This document shows positions 1 through 7,271 of a stretch of 64,000 nucleotides of DNA, one piece after another. Under the pieces are notes generated by a model. The model had not been told where the DNA came from. It did no database searches and saw nothing but the letters and a program-made list of their open reading frames with translations. Source of the DNA: Candidatus Eiseniibacteriota bacterium. Lineage in GTDB: Bacteria > Orphanbacterota > Orphanbacteria > Orphanbacterales > Orphanbacteraceae. Position 1 is the stretch's first letter. The number at the start of each line of letters is the position of its first letter. The stretch is from positions 5,251 to 69,250 of the forward strand of contig VGIW01000003.1 in the NCBI GenBank assembly GCA_016867715.1, in the 5' to 3' direction. Position numbers and translations under genes: made by a program.

Positions 1-411
1 CTCGACCGGCTCGGGATACCTCACGAGATCGTCGTCGCTTCCGCGCACCGGAATCCTGATGAGGTGCGGCGCTGGGCGCGAAGCGCGGAGAAGCGCGGGA
101 TCCGGGTCGTGATCGCGGCGGCGGGGCTCGCGGCGGCTCTTCCGGGCGTGGTCGCGAGCCACACGACGCTTCCGGTCATCGGCGTGCCGGTCGCTGCGGG
201 GCCGCTTCGCGGCATGGACGCGCTCCTCTCGATGGTCCAGCTCCCTTCCGGAGTTCCGGTGGGGACGGTCGCGCTCGGCGAGACCGGCGGAAAGAACGGG
301 GCGCTCCTCGCGGCGCGGATTCTGGCTCTTCACGATCCGGGTCTCCGCGGACGATTGCTTCGCATGCGAACCTCTTCGATGAAGAGCGGCGCGAAGGAGC
401 GCACGCAGTGA
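1..411 (+). CDS. purE: N5-carboxyaminoimidazole ribonucleotide mutase PurE, 5'-truncated at the window edge
   Basis: Frame-1 translation from nucleotide 1 reads LDRLGIPHEIVVASAHRNPDEV...VIGVPV...GMDALLSMVQLPSGVPVGTVALG, which matches PurE SAHR(T)P and C-terminal motifs. It shares the frame of ORF 64..411. Confidence 0.85.
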   Translation, partial: LDRLGIPHEIVVASAHRNPDEVRRWARSAEKRGIRVVIAAAGLAAALPGVVASHTTLPVIGVPVAAGPLRGMDALLSMVQLPSGVPVGTVALGETGGKNGALLAARILALHDPGLRGRLLRMRTSSMKSGAKERTQ

Positions 412-1013
412 GCGCGCGCGAGATCGCGATCGAGGAGGCCTCTTCGGGCGAGGGCCTGGGTCTCGTGCTCGAGACGATTCGAGCGAAGGGGACTCTCGCG
501 TATCCCGCCGAGACGATGTACGGCATCGGGGGGGACGGCCTCGATCGGGAGGTCGCCGCTCGCATCGCCGCGGCGAAAGGGAGCCCGCCGGGGAAGCCGT
601 TTCTACTTCTTCTGGACGATGTCGACAGGTGGCGCCAGGTGGCGGCGTCGCTTCCGCCGAGCGCCGAAGAGGCGGCGAGAAAGCACTGGCCGGGCCCGCT
701 CACCCTTCTTCTTCCGGCGCGGGACGACTGCGCCGCCGCCTACGAGGGGAAGGTCGCAGTGCGCGTGCCGGACCTCGAGGTCGTCCGCGTGTGGGTGCGC
801 GAGGCGGGTCGCCCGCTCTTTTCCACGTCCGCGAACCGCGCGGGCCGCGCCCCCGTGCGTGGGCCGGAGGAGCTCCGCGCTCTCTTCGGCGAGCGTCTCG
901 ACCTCCTCGTCACCGGTCCCGTCTTCCCCTCGACCGGTCTCCCCTCCACGATCGTCGATGCCACCGCCGATCCTCCGCGCGTTCTGCGCCGCGGCGCCGC
1001 GCCGTTTCCGTAG
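408..1013 (+). CDS. tsaC: L-threonylcarbamoyladenylate synthase, Sua5/YrdC/YwlC family
   Basis: 201-aa ORF with YrdC-like motifs (TMYGIGGD, TSANRAG). The GTG start overlaps the purE stop (GTGA). Confidence 0.8.
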   Translation: MSAREIAIEEASSGEGLGLVLETIRAKGTLAYPAETMYGIGGDGLDREVAARIAAAKGSPPGKPFLLLLDDVDRWRQVAASLPPSAEEAARKHWPGPLTLLLPARDDCAAAYEGKVAVRVPDLEVVRVWVREAGRPLFSTSANRAGRAPVRGPEELRALFGERLDLLVTGPVFPSTGLPSTIVDATADPPRVLRRGAAPFP

Positions 1014-1368
1014 GGGGATGCGGGAGAGAAGTTCACGGCGTTGCAGGGAGGGGATACAAGCATACGAAAAGAACCGAGAGGGAGGTGTGGCAGTACCTCA
1101 TGAGGTTTCGGATCGTCAGCATTCCTCCATCACGAAGGCATCCTGTCGTTTCGCGTAGAAAGCTGTAATATGATGGGATTGATGAAGCGGTGCTTGAAGA
1201 GCCGGATCGTCGTGCGTGTTTGTGGAGAGCTGTGGGAGTTCTCAAGGTCGGAGCCTGAAGCGCCTATCGTCATCAGCAAGGGAAGACAGACGTCGCCTGC
1301 GGTTCGGGACCGGCGTCATGCTCGCTCCACCACCTACCGCCTGCGTGTCCAGCTGCAAGGAGGATGTC

Positions 1369-2769
1369 ATGGCCGGAGATGGAAGTTTTGACGAGGAAGT
1401 ATTCTTCAGCTACGCGAGCGAGGACCTGCACCACGTTCGCCAACTCGCACGAAGGCTCTGGGACGAGTACCGGATCTCGAGCTTCGTCGCTGACGACGCT
1501 CTGAAGGATCTCGCGAGAGGCGACAGATGGGAGCAGACCCTCCTCGAAAAGGTGACGAGGTGCCGGTTCTTCGCGCTCTATGCCTCCCGGTCGGTCATGG
1601 CTTCCGCGTGGGTCAATCGAGAGGTACAGCGGTTCTTTGAGGGAGCGTACTCACGGGACAACCGAAGGAAGATGTTTGTTCTCACGAGGACGGCGCAGCC
1701 GGGGGCGCATCTTCCGGCGATTCTGCGTGACTTTCTCTGGGACAAAGACGAGGATGAACTCGTCCGGGATATCGTTGCGGAACTTATAAGGTTCCTTAGT
1801 GCAGAAAAGACATCGGCTCGCGATGAGCGCGACAAGCTGGCTTCCCAGTTGGAGGCGGAGTGCGAATCAGCCGCCAAGAAAGTCCGGGAGGCGTTCGGGC
1901 ACTACGGGCAAACGAGATTCTGGAAGCCCTTTTCCCGTCACGGTCACCTGCACATCTTCACGTGCGGCCGTGATGTGCCCCCGGAGAAACACAGGGGTTC
2001 CGGAGGACGTACCAACATCGATCGCTGGGACTACCAGACGGTGCTTCAGATCACACACTTCTTCGCCGAGAACTTCCCAGGCACGAAGGTCACAATCGAG
2101 GATCCGGTGGCCAAGCTTGCTGCGGAGGACTTGACGGGAGCGAGATTGGGACACCGCGTCGCCGGCCTCATGCGGCAGCTGGAAGACAAAGACTGCGTGG
2201 TTATCGGTTCGCCGGATGTCAGCGATTTCGCCGAGATCGTCTTGGCTGAACTGCACGGGACGCAGTCGTTTGCCGAAGGCACGGACAAGTTGGGGAGGAG
2301 GGGGCGGGAAAAGCGAAGAGGTTTCGCCCTTATTAAAGCGGAGATGAAGGCACCGAGTTCGACCTACTGGCTCAAGACCGAAGATGAAGAGGTCGGCGTG
2401 AAGTGGATCGAAACCGACAAGCAGTTCAGCGTGATAGAAGAGGACGGTCTCGGCACGACCTATGGAGTCCTGGTCGTGTGCGACAATCCCTTTGTCCGGG
2501 CATCAAGGGAACACAAGGTGATCATCTTTTCGGGCTTTTCGGGTGTCGCAACGTATGGCATGTCTTGGTTGCTGACATCAATCGACGCCCTTAGTGAATT
2601 CTTCAAGATCGACCAACGATTCGGCTCGCTCGACACCGATTTCGAAGCCCTCGTTGAAGTGCAGTATGCTTACGAGCTTGAGGGGAGGGCCGCGGGTGAT
2701 CGTCGCAGGCTGATTGCGACGGAGCCGGTAAGGGTCGAAGCAATGGTGGAGATTCCGCGGCTCGTGTGA
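1369..2769 (+). CDS. TIR-domain protein with an unassigned ~320-aa C-terminal domain (466 aa from ATG 1369)
   Basis: ORF 1216..2769 carries AGGAGG 7 nt upstream of the internal ATG at 1369. The N-terminus reads EEVFFSYASEDLHHVRQLARRLWDEYRISSFVADD...GDRWEQTLLEKVTRCRFFALYASRSVMASAWVNREVQRF, a canonical bacterial TIR with the catalytic Glu in the SxWxxxE position. The C-terminal region (HGHLHIFTCGRD...VIIFSGFSGVATYGMSWLL...) has no motif I can assign. Local GC is lower than in the surrounding housekeeping genes. Confidence 0.8.
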   Translation: MAGDGSFDEEVFFSYASEDLHHVRQLARRLWDEYRISSFVADDALKDLARGDRWEQTLLEKVTRCRFFALYASRSVMASAWVNREVQRFFEGAYSRDNRRKMFVLTRTAQPGAHLPAILRDFLWDKDEDELVRDIVAELIRFLSAEKTSARDERDKLASQLEAECESAAKKVREAFGHYGQTRFWKPFSRHGHLHIFTCGRDVPPEKHRGSGGRTNIDRWDYQTVLQITHFFAENFPGTKVTIEDPVAKLAAEDLTGARLGHRVAGLMRQLEDKDCVVIGSPDVSDFAEIVLAELHGTQSFAEGTDKLGRRGREKRRGFALIKAEMKAPSSTYWLKTEDEEVGVKWIETDKQFSVIEEDGLGTTYGVLVVCDNPFVRASREHKVIIFSGFSGVATYGMSWLLTSIDALSEFFKIDQRFGSLDTDFEALVEVQYAYELEGRAAGDRRRLIATEPVRVEAMVEIPRLV

Positions 2770-3146
2770 TCTGACAAACGTGAAGGGTGGCGGGCGGGTG
2801 TTCGACCGAGAGGCAGCGGGGCCGCGAGAGCCGATGAGTCTCCGCGCTCTGGCCAGGGTGGTCCGAGAAGGCGATCTCGAGAACGGGCTTGGCGTTAGCG
2901 TCCGGATCATTCGGTGATGTATTAAGCATTCTTCCTTTTTGTGGCGCGGACATGCAGTCTATGACCGCGTCGCATCGATGCCTTCGCGTCGGGAAGGAGG
3001 TCATTGCATCACCGCGGCATACCGCGCCTTGGTGGCTCAGATGGCGAGGGGAGGGTGAGCGTGCGTCTCGTCGGACGCGGCAGCTGCGCACGAGCTGTCG
3101 GCGAGCCGCGGTCTTTCGGTCTCCGAGAAGATGCTAGGATGAAACC

Positions 3147-3335
3147 ATGATCGGTAAGGTCGTCCAAAGGCACGTGCTGGGTGATCCTGCCGCCGCGCGG
3201 CGAGATCTGGTGTATTGGGTGGGGCGATCGCCCGCGGAGCGCCTGGCGGCCGTCGAGATGCTCAGGCGATGGGTCCGTGGATGTTCAGCCAGACTTCAGA
3301 GAACTGATCGAGTTGTTCAACAGACACTGGATTGA
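3147..3335 (+). CDS. Small ORF (62 aa), possible remnant or partner of the downstream nucleotidyltransferase-like pseudogene
   Basis: ORF track only. The ...RDLVYWVGRSPAERLAAVEMLRR segment looks protein-like but I cannot place it in a family. It overlaps the start of the pseudogene fragments. Confidence 0.2.
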   Translation: MIGKVVQRHVLGDPAAARRDLVYWVGRSPAERLAAVEMLRRWVRGCSARLQRTDRVVQQTLD

Positions 3336-3500
3336 GTATTTGGTTGTGGGCCGGGTCCAGGGTTTGTGGAAGCTATGGCGAACGTCCCTGTGCACTTCAT
3401 TGGGCGGGATATGTTGATCGCGAACAAGCGCGCGGTCGGCAGGAGGAATGACCATGCAGACATCGAGGCTCTTGGCGAGGAGTGGCGCGTCAGCGCGGAC
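3270..3500 (+). pseudogene. Remnant of a small nucleotidyltransferase-like protein (family with ...ELIELLNKH.VEYLIVGG... and ...VPV.FIG..DLI.NK.A.GR..D..D.E.L): frameshift plus internal deletion
   Basis: The N-terminal fragment DFRELIELFNRHWIEYLVVG sits in the frame of ORF 3181..3417. The C-terminal fragment VPVHFIGRDMLIANKRAVGRRNDHADIEAL sits in the frame of ORF 3366..3614. About 70 codons of the middle are missing and the two pieces are in different frames. Confidence 0.6.
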
Positions 3501-3607
3501 CTCGCTGCGGCAGTCGAGCGCGCCCCTGGAACCTCTCTTCGGGAACACGTTGGTAGTGTTTCTTGCGCGATGCGGCTGCTGAGCGGCAGCAGCAAGTGGA
3601 GTGAGAG

Positions 3608-4081
3608 ATGTTGAGCGCAACCATCAAGCTTTTTCTCGTACACGGTGACGCAAAGCGCATGCGCGCTGCTGAGCTCGTGAACTGGATCGGCAAAGCGGTG
3701 GCCGGGCCGCGGAGCGAGTTAGCCTGGACTATGCACGCGTTTCCTACTGCGGCCGCGGATCTCCCTTCGCGCTTCCGCGCTCCGGGAGCTTCCTCGGCGA
3801 CCGGTCCCTCCGGGACGGGTGCCCGCCTCGGTCGCGCGAGAAGACGCCTACGAGGCCTCCCTTCCGTCGCCGCTTCCTCAACGTAGTGCCGAGACTACGT
3901 TTCCGGGAGCGGCTCGTCCAGGTCGGCCTCTCGGGCCCTAGCTCCGCATCCTCGCGACGAAAACGCGTGCATAGTCGAGGCTAGCGCTGCCGCGACCGTG
4001 ATTCACGGCGGCTCTGCCAATGGACTCGTTGCTTGGAAAACGAAAGACGGGAAGACCCTGAAGGAACTCGAGGCGGGATAA
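3608..4081 (+). pseudogene. Small ORF (about 69 aa when reconstituted) interrupted by a 264-bp inverted-repeat element
   Basis: The upstream part of ORF 3608 (MLSATIKLFLVHGDAKRMRAAELVNWIGKAVAGPRSE) and the downstream piece (AAATVIHGGSANGLVAWKTKDGKTLKELEAG*, stop 4079-4081) are in the same frame (3608 and 3977 are both 2 mod 3). Removing 3720-3983 joins them in frame. The family of the reconstituted protein is unknown. Confidence 0.35.
3720..3983. mobile_element. MITE-like element of 264 bp with 23-bp terminal inverted repeats
   Basis: The left repeat TAGCCTGGACTATGCACGCGTTT (3720-3742) matches the reverse complement of the right repeat AAACGCGTGCATAGTCGAGGCTA (3961-3983) at 22 of 23 positions. 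The element length is a multiple of 3. No clear target-site duplication. A structured RNA with a 23-bp closing stem is an alternative reading. Confidence 0.45.
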
Positions 4082-4179
4082 CTAATGGACGAGTGGCCAG
4101 GGCTGCGCGCCGCTTCTGAAGCAGAGCAGTGGGCCCGCCACCTCGCGGTGGCACCACGGGCAGCCGTTGGAGGCGAACC

Positions 4180-4647
4180 GTGAACCCGAAGTTTGCGAGA
4201 ACCGTGGAATGCTTGGAACTGAGCTTTCAGAAACTCATGCAGCAGACACCGGTTCGTCCGGACACACTGCCTTCCGCCTTGCCGAGGCGGGGGATGTACT
4301 TGTTTTCCGACGGCGGGAGTGATCTGTACGTTGGGCGCACGAACAACTTGAAGGGTCGCATTCAGAGCCAGTGCCGCAGAAGCAGTAGTCACAATCAGGC
4401 CACCTTGGCCTTCCGAATCGCTCGGAAAGAAACGGGACGCACTCAGGCCTCATACACGACTTCTGGGTCTCGAGACGATCTCGAGAGTGACCCCGGGTTT
4501 GGCCCTGTCTTCAGTAGGGCGAAAGACCGAATCAGGAAGATGGACTTGCGATTCGTAGAGGAAGAGGGCCCCACCCGGCAGGCTCTTCTCGAGATCTGTG
4601 TGGCGACGGTTTTGGAGACACCCTACAACGATTTCGAAAACCACTGA
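4180..4647 (+). CDS. Stand-alone GIY-YIG nuclease domain protein (UvrC-N-terminal-like), about 155 aa from GTG 4180
   Basis: Motifs GMYLFS(GIY)...DLYVGRTNNLKGRIQSQ (YIG-R-N)...ATLAFRIARKE...TRQALLEICVATVLETPYNDFE (E...PxYN). GGAGG lies at 4169-4173, 6 nt before the in-frame GTG at 4180. The ORF-track start at 4129 is probably a 5' over-extension. Confidence 0.75.
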   Translation: MNPKFARTVECLELSFQKLMQQTPVRPDTLPSALPRRGMYLFSDGGSDLYVGRTNNLKGRIQSQCRRSSSHNQATLAFRIARKETGRTQASYTTSGSRDDLESDPGFGPVFSRAKDRIRKMDLRFVEEEGPTRQALLEICVATVLETPYNDFENH

Positions 4648-4885
4648 GGGGGCAAATGCTGCCCAACAAGCCGCATCCGGACTCCTCCGGCAAGCGAAAA
4701 GTCTATCCGTCAGGGCGCCGGGGTTGCACTACGGCCGTAACTCAGACCCCTTGGAGCATACTCTCCGTACCGGGAGCCGCGACCGGTGAGGAGCTACGAA
4801 TCGATCACTATCTGACCGCCCGGCACCGAGCCCCGGCGCGTAATCTCGACAGAGGTCCCCGGGTCGAGCGAGCCCCGTCCCTTCC

Positions 4886-4914
4886 TTGACGAACCCCTCT
4901 CCATCCGATAGGCT
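4886..4914 (+). promoter_or_regulatory. Candidate sigma-70 promoter TTGACG-N17-TAGGCT immediately upstream of the LMW-PTP gene, probably giving a leaderless mRNA
   Basis: TTGACG at 4886-4891 and TAGGCT at 4909-4914 with a 17-nt spacer. The -10 ends 8 nt before the GTG at 4923. Confidence 0.4.
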
Positions 4915-4922
4915 CGGCGATC

Positions 4923-5456
4923 GTGGGTGAGACCGGCGAGAAGAGGCGCGTCCTTTTTGTTTGCACCGGCAACATGTGCCGGAGCCCTCTGGCGGAGGGG
5001 ATCTTTCGGGGCCTTCTCCCCCCGGAGCAGGCCGGCCGCATTGAGGTTCTCTCCGCGGGGACGAACACGATCGACGGGGAGAGGCCGACCGACCTCGCGG
5101 AGGAGGTCGCGTCGGAGAACGGGATCGACATCGGCGGCATCCGCTCGCGCCGGTTGACGACCGCGCTCGTCCGCGCGAGCGATCTCATCGTGGTCATGAC
5201 GCGCGCTCATCGCGCGAGCGTTCTCTCCCTCGCGCCCGAGGCGGACACGAAGATCCTTCTCCTTCGGGATCTCCTTCCCCCTTCGAATCCCCGCGCGGGG
5301 AAGGACCTCCCCGATCCGATCGGCGGCCCGATGGAGGCGTACCGAGAGACGGTTCGCGGCATCCGCGAGGCGCTCGCGAAGGGGTGGCTGGCGATTGAGC
5401 GGCGTCTCTTTGGGAAGGAAACGGCCGAACGGGATTCGACGTCGGCGGGGACTTGA
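4923..5456 (+). CDS. Low-molecular-weight protein tyrosine/arginine phosphatase (YwlE-like)
   Basis: VLFVCTGNMCRSPLAEGIF is the C(X)5R P-loop signature. It also carries the DPIGG/DPY-type Asp loop. 177 aa. Confidence 0.85.
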   Translation: MGETGEKRRVLFVCTGNMCRSPLAEGIFRGLLPPEQAGRIEVLSAGTNTIDGERPTDLAEEVASENGIDIGGIRSRRLTTALVRASDLIVVMTRAHRASVLSLAPEADTKILLLRDLLPPSNPRAGKDLPDPIGGPMEAYRETVRGIREALAKGWLAIERRLFGKETAERDSTSAGT

Positions 5457-5504
5457 AGAGGGTCGTCTCGGGGATCGGCCGAGGCGGCGAGAAGGAACGG
5501 AACG

Positions 5505-5523
5505 GTCGGCTCGCCGAGCCGAC
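5505..5523. repeat. Perfect 19-bp palindrome GTCGGCTCGCCGAGCCGAC in the intergenic region before rpiB-glyA
   Basis: Read directly. It ends 14 nt upstream of the ATG at 5538. Confidence 0.5.
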
Positions 5524-5537
5524 GGCTGGGTGACGGG

Positions 5538-7250
5538 ATGAAGATCGCGGTTGCGAGTGATCACGCCGGATTCGAGCGAAAGAAGAAAATCATTTCGTGG
5601 CTCAAGGAACTCGGACAGGACCCGGCCGATCTCGGCCCTCCGAACGCGGAGCCGTGCGACTATCCGAAGTACGCCTACGCCGTCGCGCGGAGCATCCGCG
5701 AGGGATCGGCGGAACGGGGCGTCCTCGTCTGCGGAAGCGGGATCGGCATGTCGATGGCGGCGAACCGCCTGACGGGGGTGCGCGCCGCGCTCTGCTCGGA
5801 CCGGGAGGCGGCGCGTCTTTCGCGCGCGCACAACGACGCGAACGTCCTCGTCCTCTCCGGGCGCGCGATGGACGACGGCGAGGCGCGCGCCGCGCTTGAG
5901 ACGTGGATCGCCGAGCCGTTCGAGGGGGGACGCCACGAGGCGCGCGTGCGCGGGATCGATCTCCCCTCCTACGGGGGAACCGAGGAGCCGGCCCCGCCGG
6001 GGGGCGGACGGCTTTCGTATCTTTTCCAGACCGATCCCGAGATCGCGGAGGCGATCCTCGGCGAGAGGCGTCGGCAGGAGACGAAGCTCGAGCTGATCGC
6101 GTCGGAGAACTTCGCGAGCGAGGCGGTTCTCGAGGCGCTCGCGACCCCGATGAACAACAAGTACGCCGAAGGGTACCCGGGGAAGCGTTACTACGGCGGC
6201 TGCGAGTTCGTGGACGTCGCCGAGCAGCTCGCGATCGACCGCTTGAAAATGATCTTCGGCGCGGATCACGCGAACGTGCAGCCCCATTCGGGCGCGTCGG
6301 CGAACATCGCCGCCTACTTCTCGCTCCTCGAGCACGGCGACACGATCCTCGGCATGAACCTCTCGCACGGTGGGCACCTCACGCACGGCCATCCGGTGAA
6401 CTTCTCCGGGCGCTTCTTCAAGGTTGCCCAGTACGGCGTGAGCCGGGAGACCGAGACGCTCGACTACGACGAGATCCGCAAGGTCGCGCGGGAAGCGAAG
6501 CCGCGCATGATCGTGAGCGGGTACTCCGCCTACCCGCGCACGATCGACTTCGCCGCCTTTCGATCGATCGCGGACGAGGTCGGTGCGTACCTCATGGTCG
6601 ACATCGCGCACATCGCCGGCCTCATTGCGGCGGGTCTCCATCCGAACCCGGTCCCGCACGCGGACATCGTAACGAGCACGACCCACAAGACCCTCCGGGG
6701 CCCGCGCGGCGGCTTCATCCTGTGCAAGAAGGAGCATCAGGAGGCGGTCGACAAGACGACCTTCCCGGGCATGCAAGGGGGGCCGCTCGAGCACTGCATC
6801 GCCGCCAAGGCGGTTTGCTTCCGCGAGGCGATGACGCCCGCCTTCCGCGAGTACCAGGGGCGGGTCGTCCGGAACGCCCGCGCGCTCGCCGCGGCGCTCG
6901 AGGCGAAGGGCTTCCGCCTCGTCTCGGGGGGGACGGACAATCACCTCATGCTCGTGAATTTGACCGACAAAGGATTGTCGGGGAAGAAGTCGGAGAAGGC
7001 GCTCGACCAGGCGGGGATCACGGTGAACAAGAACACGGTTCCCTTCGACGAGCGGTCGCCCTTCGTCACGAGCGGGATCAGGATCGGGACTCCGGCGGTG
7101 ACGACTCGCGGGATGGGGACGCGGGAGATGGAGCGCGTGGCGGAGCTCATCGGGCGCGTCCTCGCCGACCCGGCGAACGAGGGGAACCTCGAGGAAGTGC
7201 GGAAGGACGTCGAGGCTCTCTGCCGTCTGTTCCCGCTCTACCGCGGCTAG
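5538..7250 (+). CDS. glyA: In-frame fusion of ribose-5-phosphate isomerase B (aa 1-145) and serine hydroxymethyltransferase (aa ~160-570)
   Basis: The N-terminal part [16 protein letters not shown]...[18 protein letters not shown]...[12 protein letters not shown] is a complete RpiB/LacAB. A Pro/Gly-rich linker [17 protein letters not shown] follows. Then a complete SHMT: [17 protein letters not shown]...[18 protein letters not shown]...[14 protein letters not shown]...[13 protein letters not shown]. There is a single ORF with no stop and no frameshift. Confidence 0.85.
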   Translation: MKIAVASDHAGFERKKKIISWLKELGQDPADLGPPNAEPCDYPKYAYAVARSIREGSAERGVLVCGSGIGMSMAANRLTGVRAALCSDREAARLSRAHNDANVLVLSGRAMDDGEARAALETWIAEPFEGGRHEARVRGIDLPSYGGTEEPAPPGGGRLSYLFQTDPEIAEAILGERRRQETKLELIASENFASEAVLEALATPMNNKYAEGYPGKRYYGGCEFVDVAEQLAIDRLKMIFGADHANVQPHSGASANIAAYFSLLEHGDTILGMNLSHGGHLTHGHPVNFSGRFFKVAQYGVSRETETLDYDEIRKVAREAKPRMIVSGYSAYPRTIDFAAFRSIADEVGAYLMVDIAHIAGLIAAGLHPNPVPHADIVTSTTHKTLRGPRGGFILCKKEHQEAVDKTTFPGMQGGPLEHCIAAKAVCFREAMTPAFREYQGRVVRNARALAAALEAKGFRLVSGGTDNHLMLVNLTDKGLSGKKSEKALDQAGITVNKNTVPFDERSPFVTSGIRIGTPAVTTRGMGTREMERVAELIGRVLADPANEGNLEEVRKDVEALCRLFPLYRG

Positions 7251-7271
7251 GCCGCGACAGGAGGGGCCGCC

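Noticed and set aside
1170-1391. 73-aa ORF overlapping the start of the TIR gene
   Set aside because: It is out of frame with and overlaps the well-supported TIR coding sequence. It has no RBS and a low-complexity, basic translation.
2556-2575. TGGCAT…GGTTGC sigma-54-like string inside the TIR gene
   Set aside because: The GG-to-GC spacing is 12 nt rather than 10, and it is intragenic.
2770-3146. Non-coding gap after the TIR gene, with ORFs 2889-3137 (+) and 2603-3091 (−)
   Set aside because: The translations have no protein-like features and the sequence has no significant repeats. It contains one 10-bp GCATCGATGC palindrome. I treat it as degraded intergenic DNA.
4085-4182. 32-codon mini-ORF (MDEWPGLRAASEAEQWARHLAVAPRAAVGGEP) ending at the GIY-YIG start
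   Set aside because: It is too short and unsupported to call. It could be a leader peptide, but more likely chance. It is mentioned in the GIY-YIG finding only.
4648-4922. Possible tRNA or tmRNA at the island boundary (integration-site expectation)
   Set aside because: I scanned the 275-nt non-coding stretch and the 1014-1368 flank on both strands for T-loop (GTTCRANYC) and acceptor/CCA patterns and found none. Only simple hairpins are present (GGGCA-AATGC-TGCCC at 4650-4664; CCGGA-CTCC-TCCGG). I found no direct repeats flanking the island that could serve as att sites.
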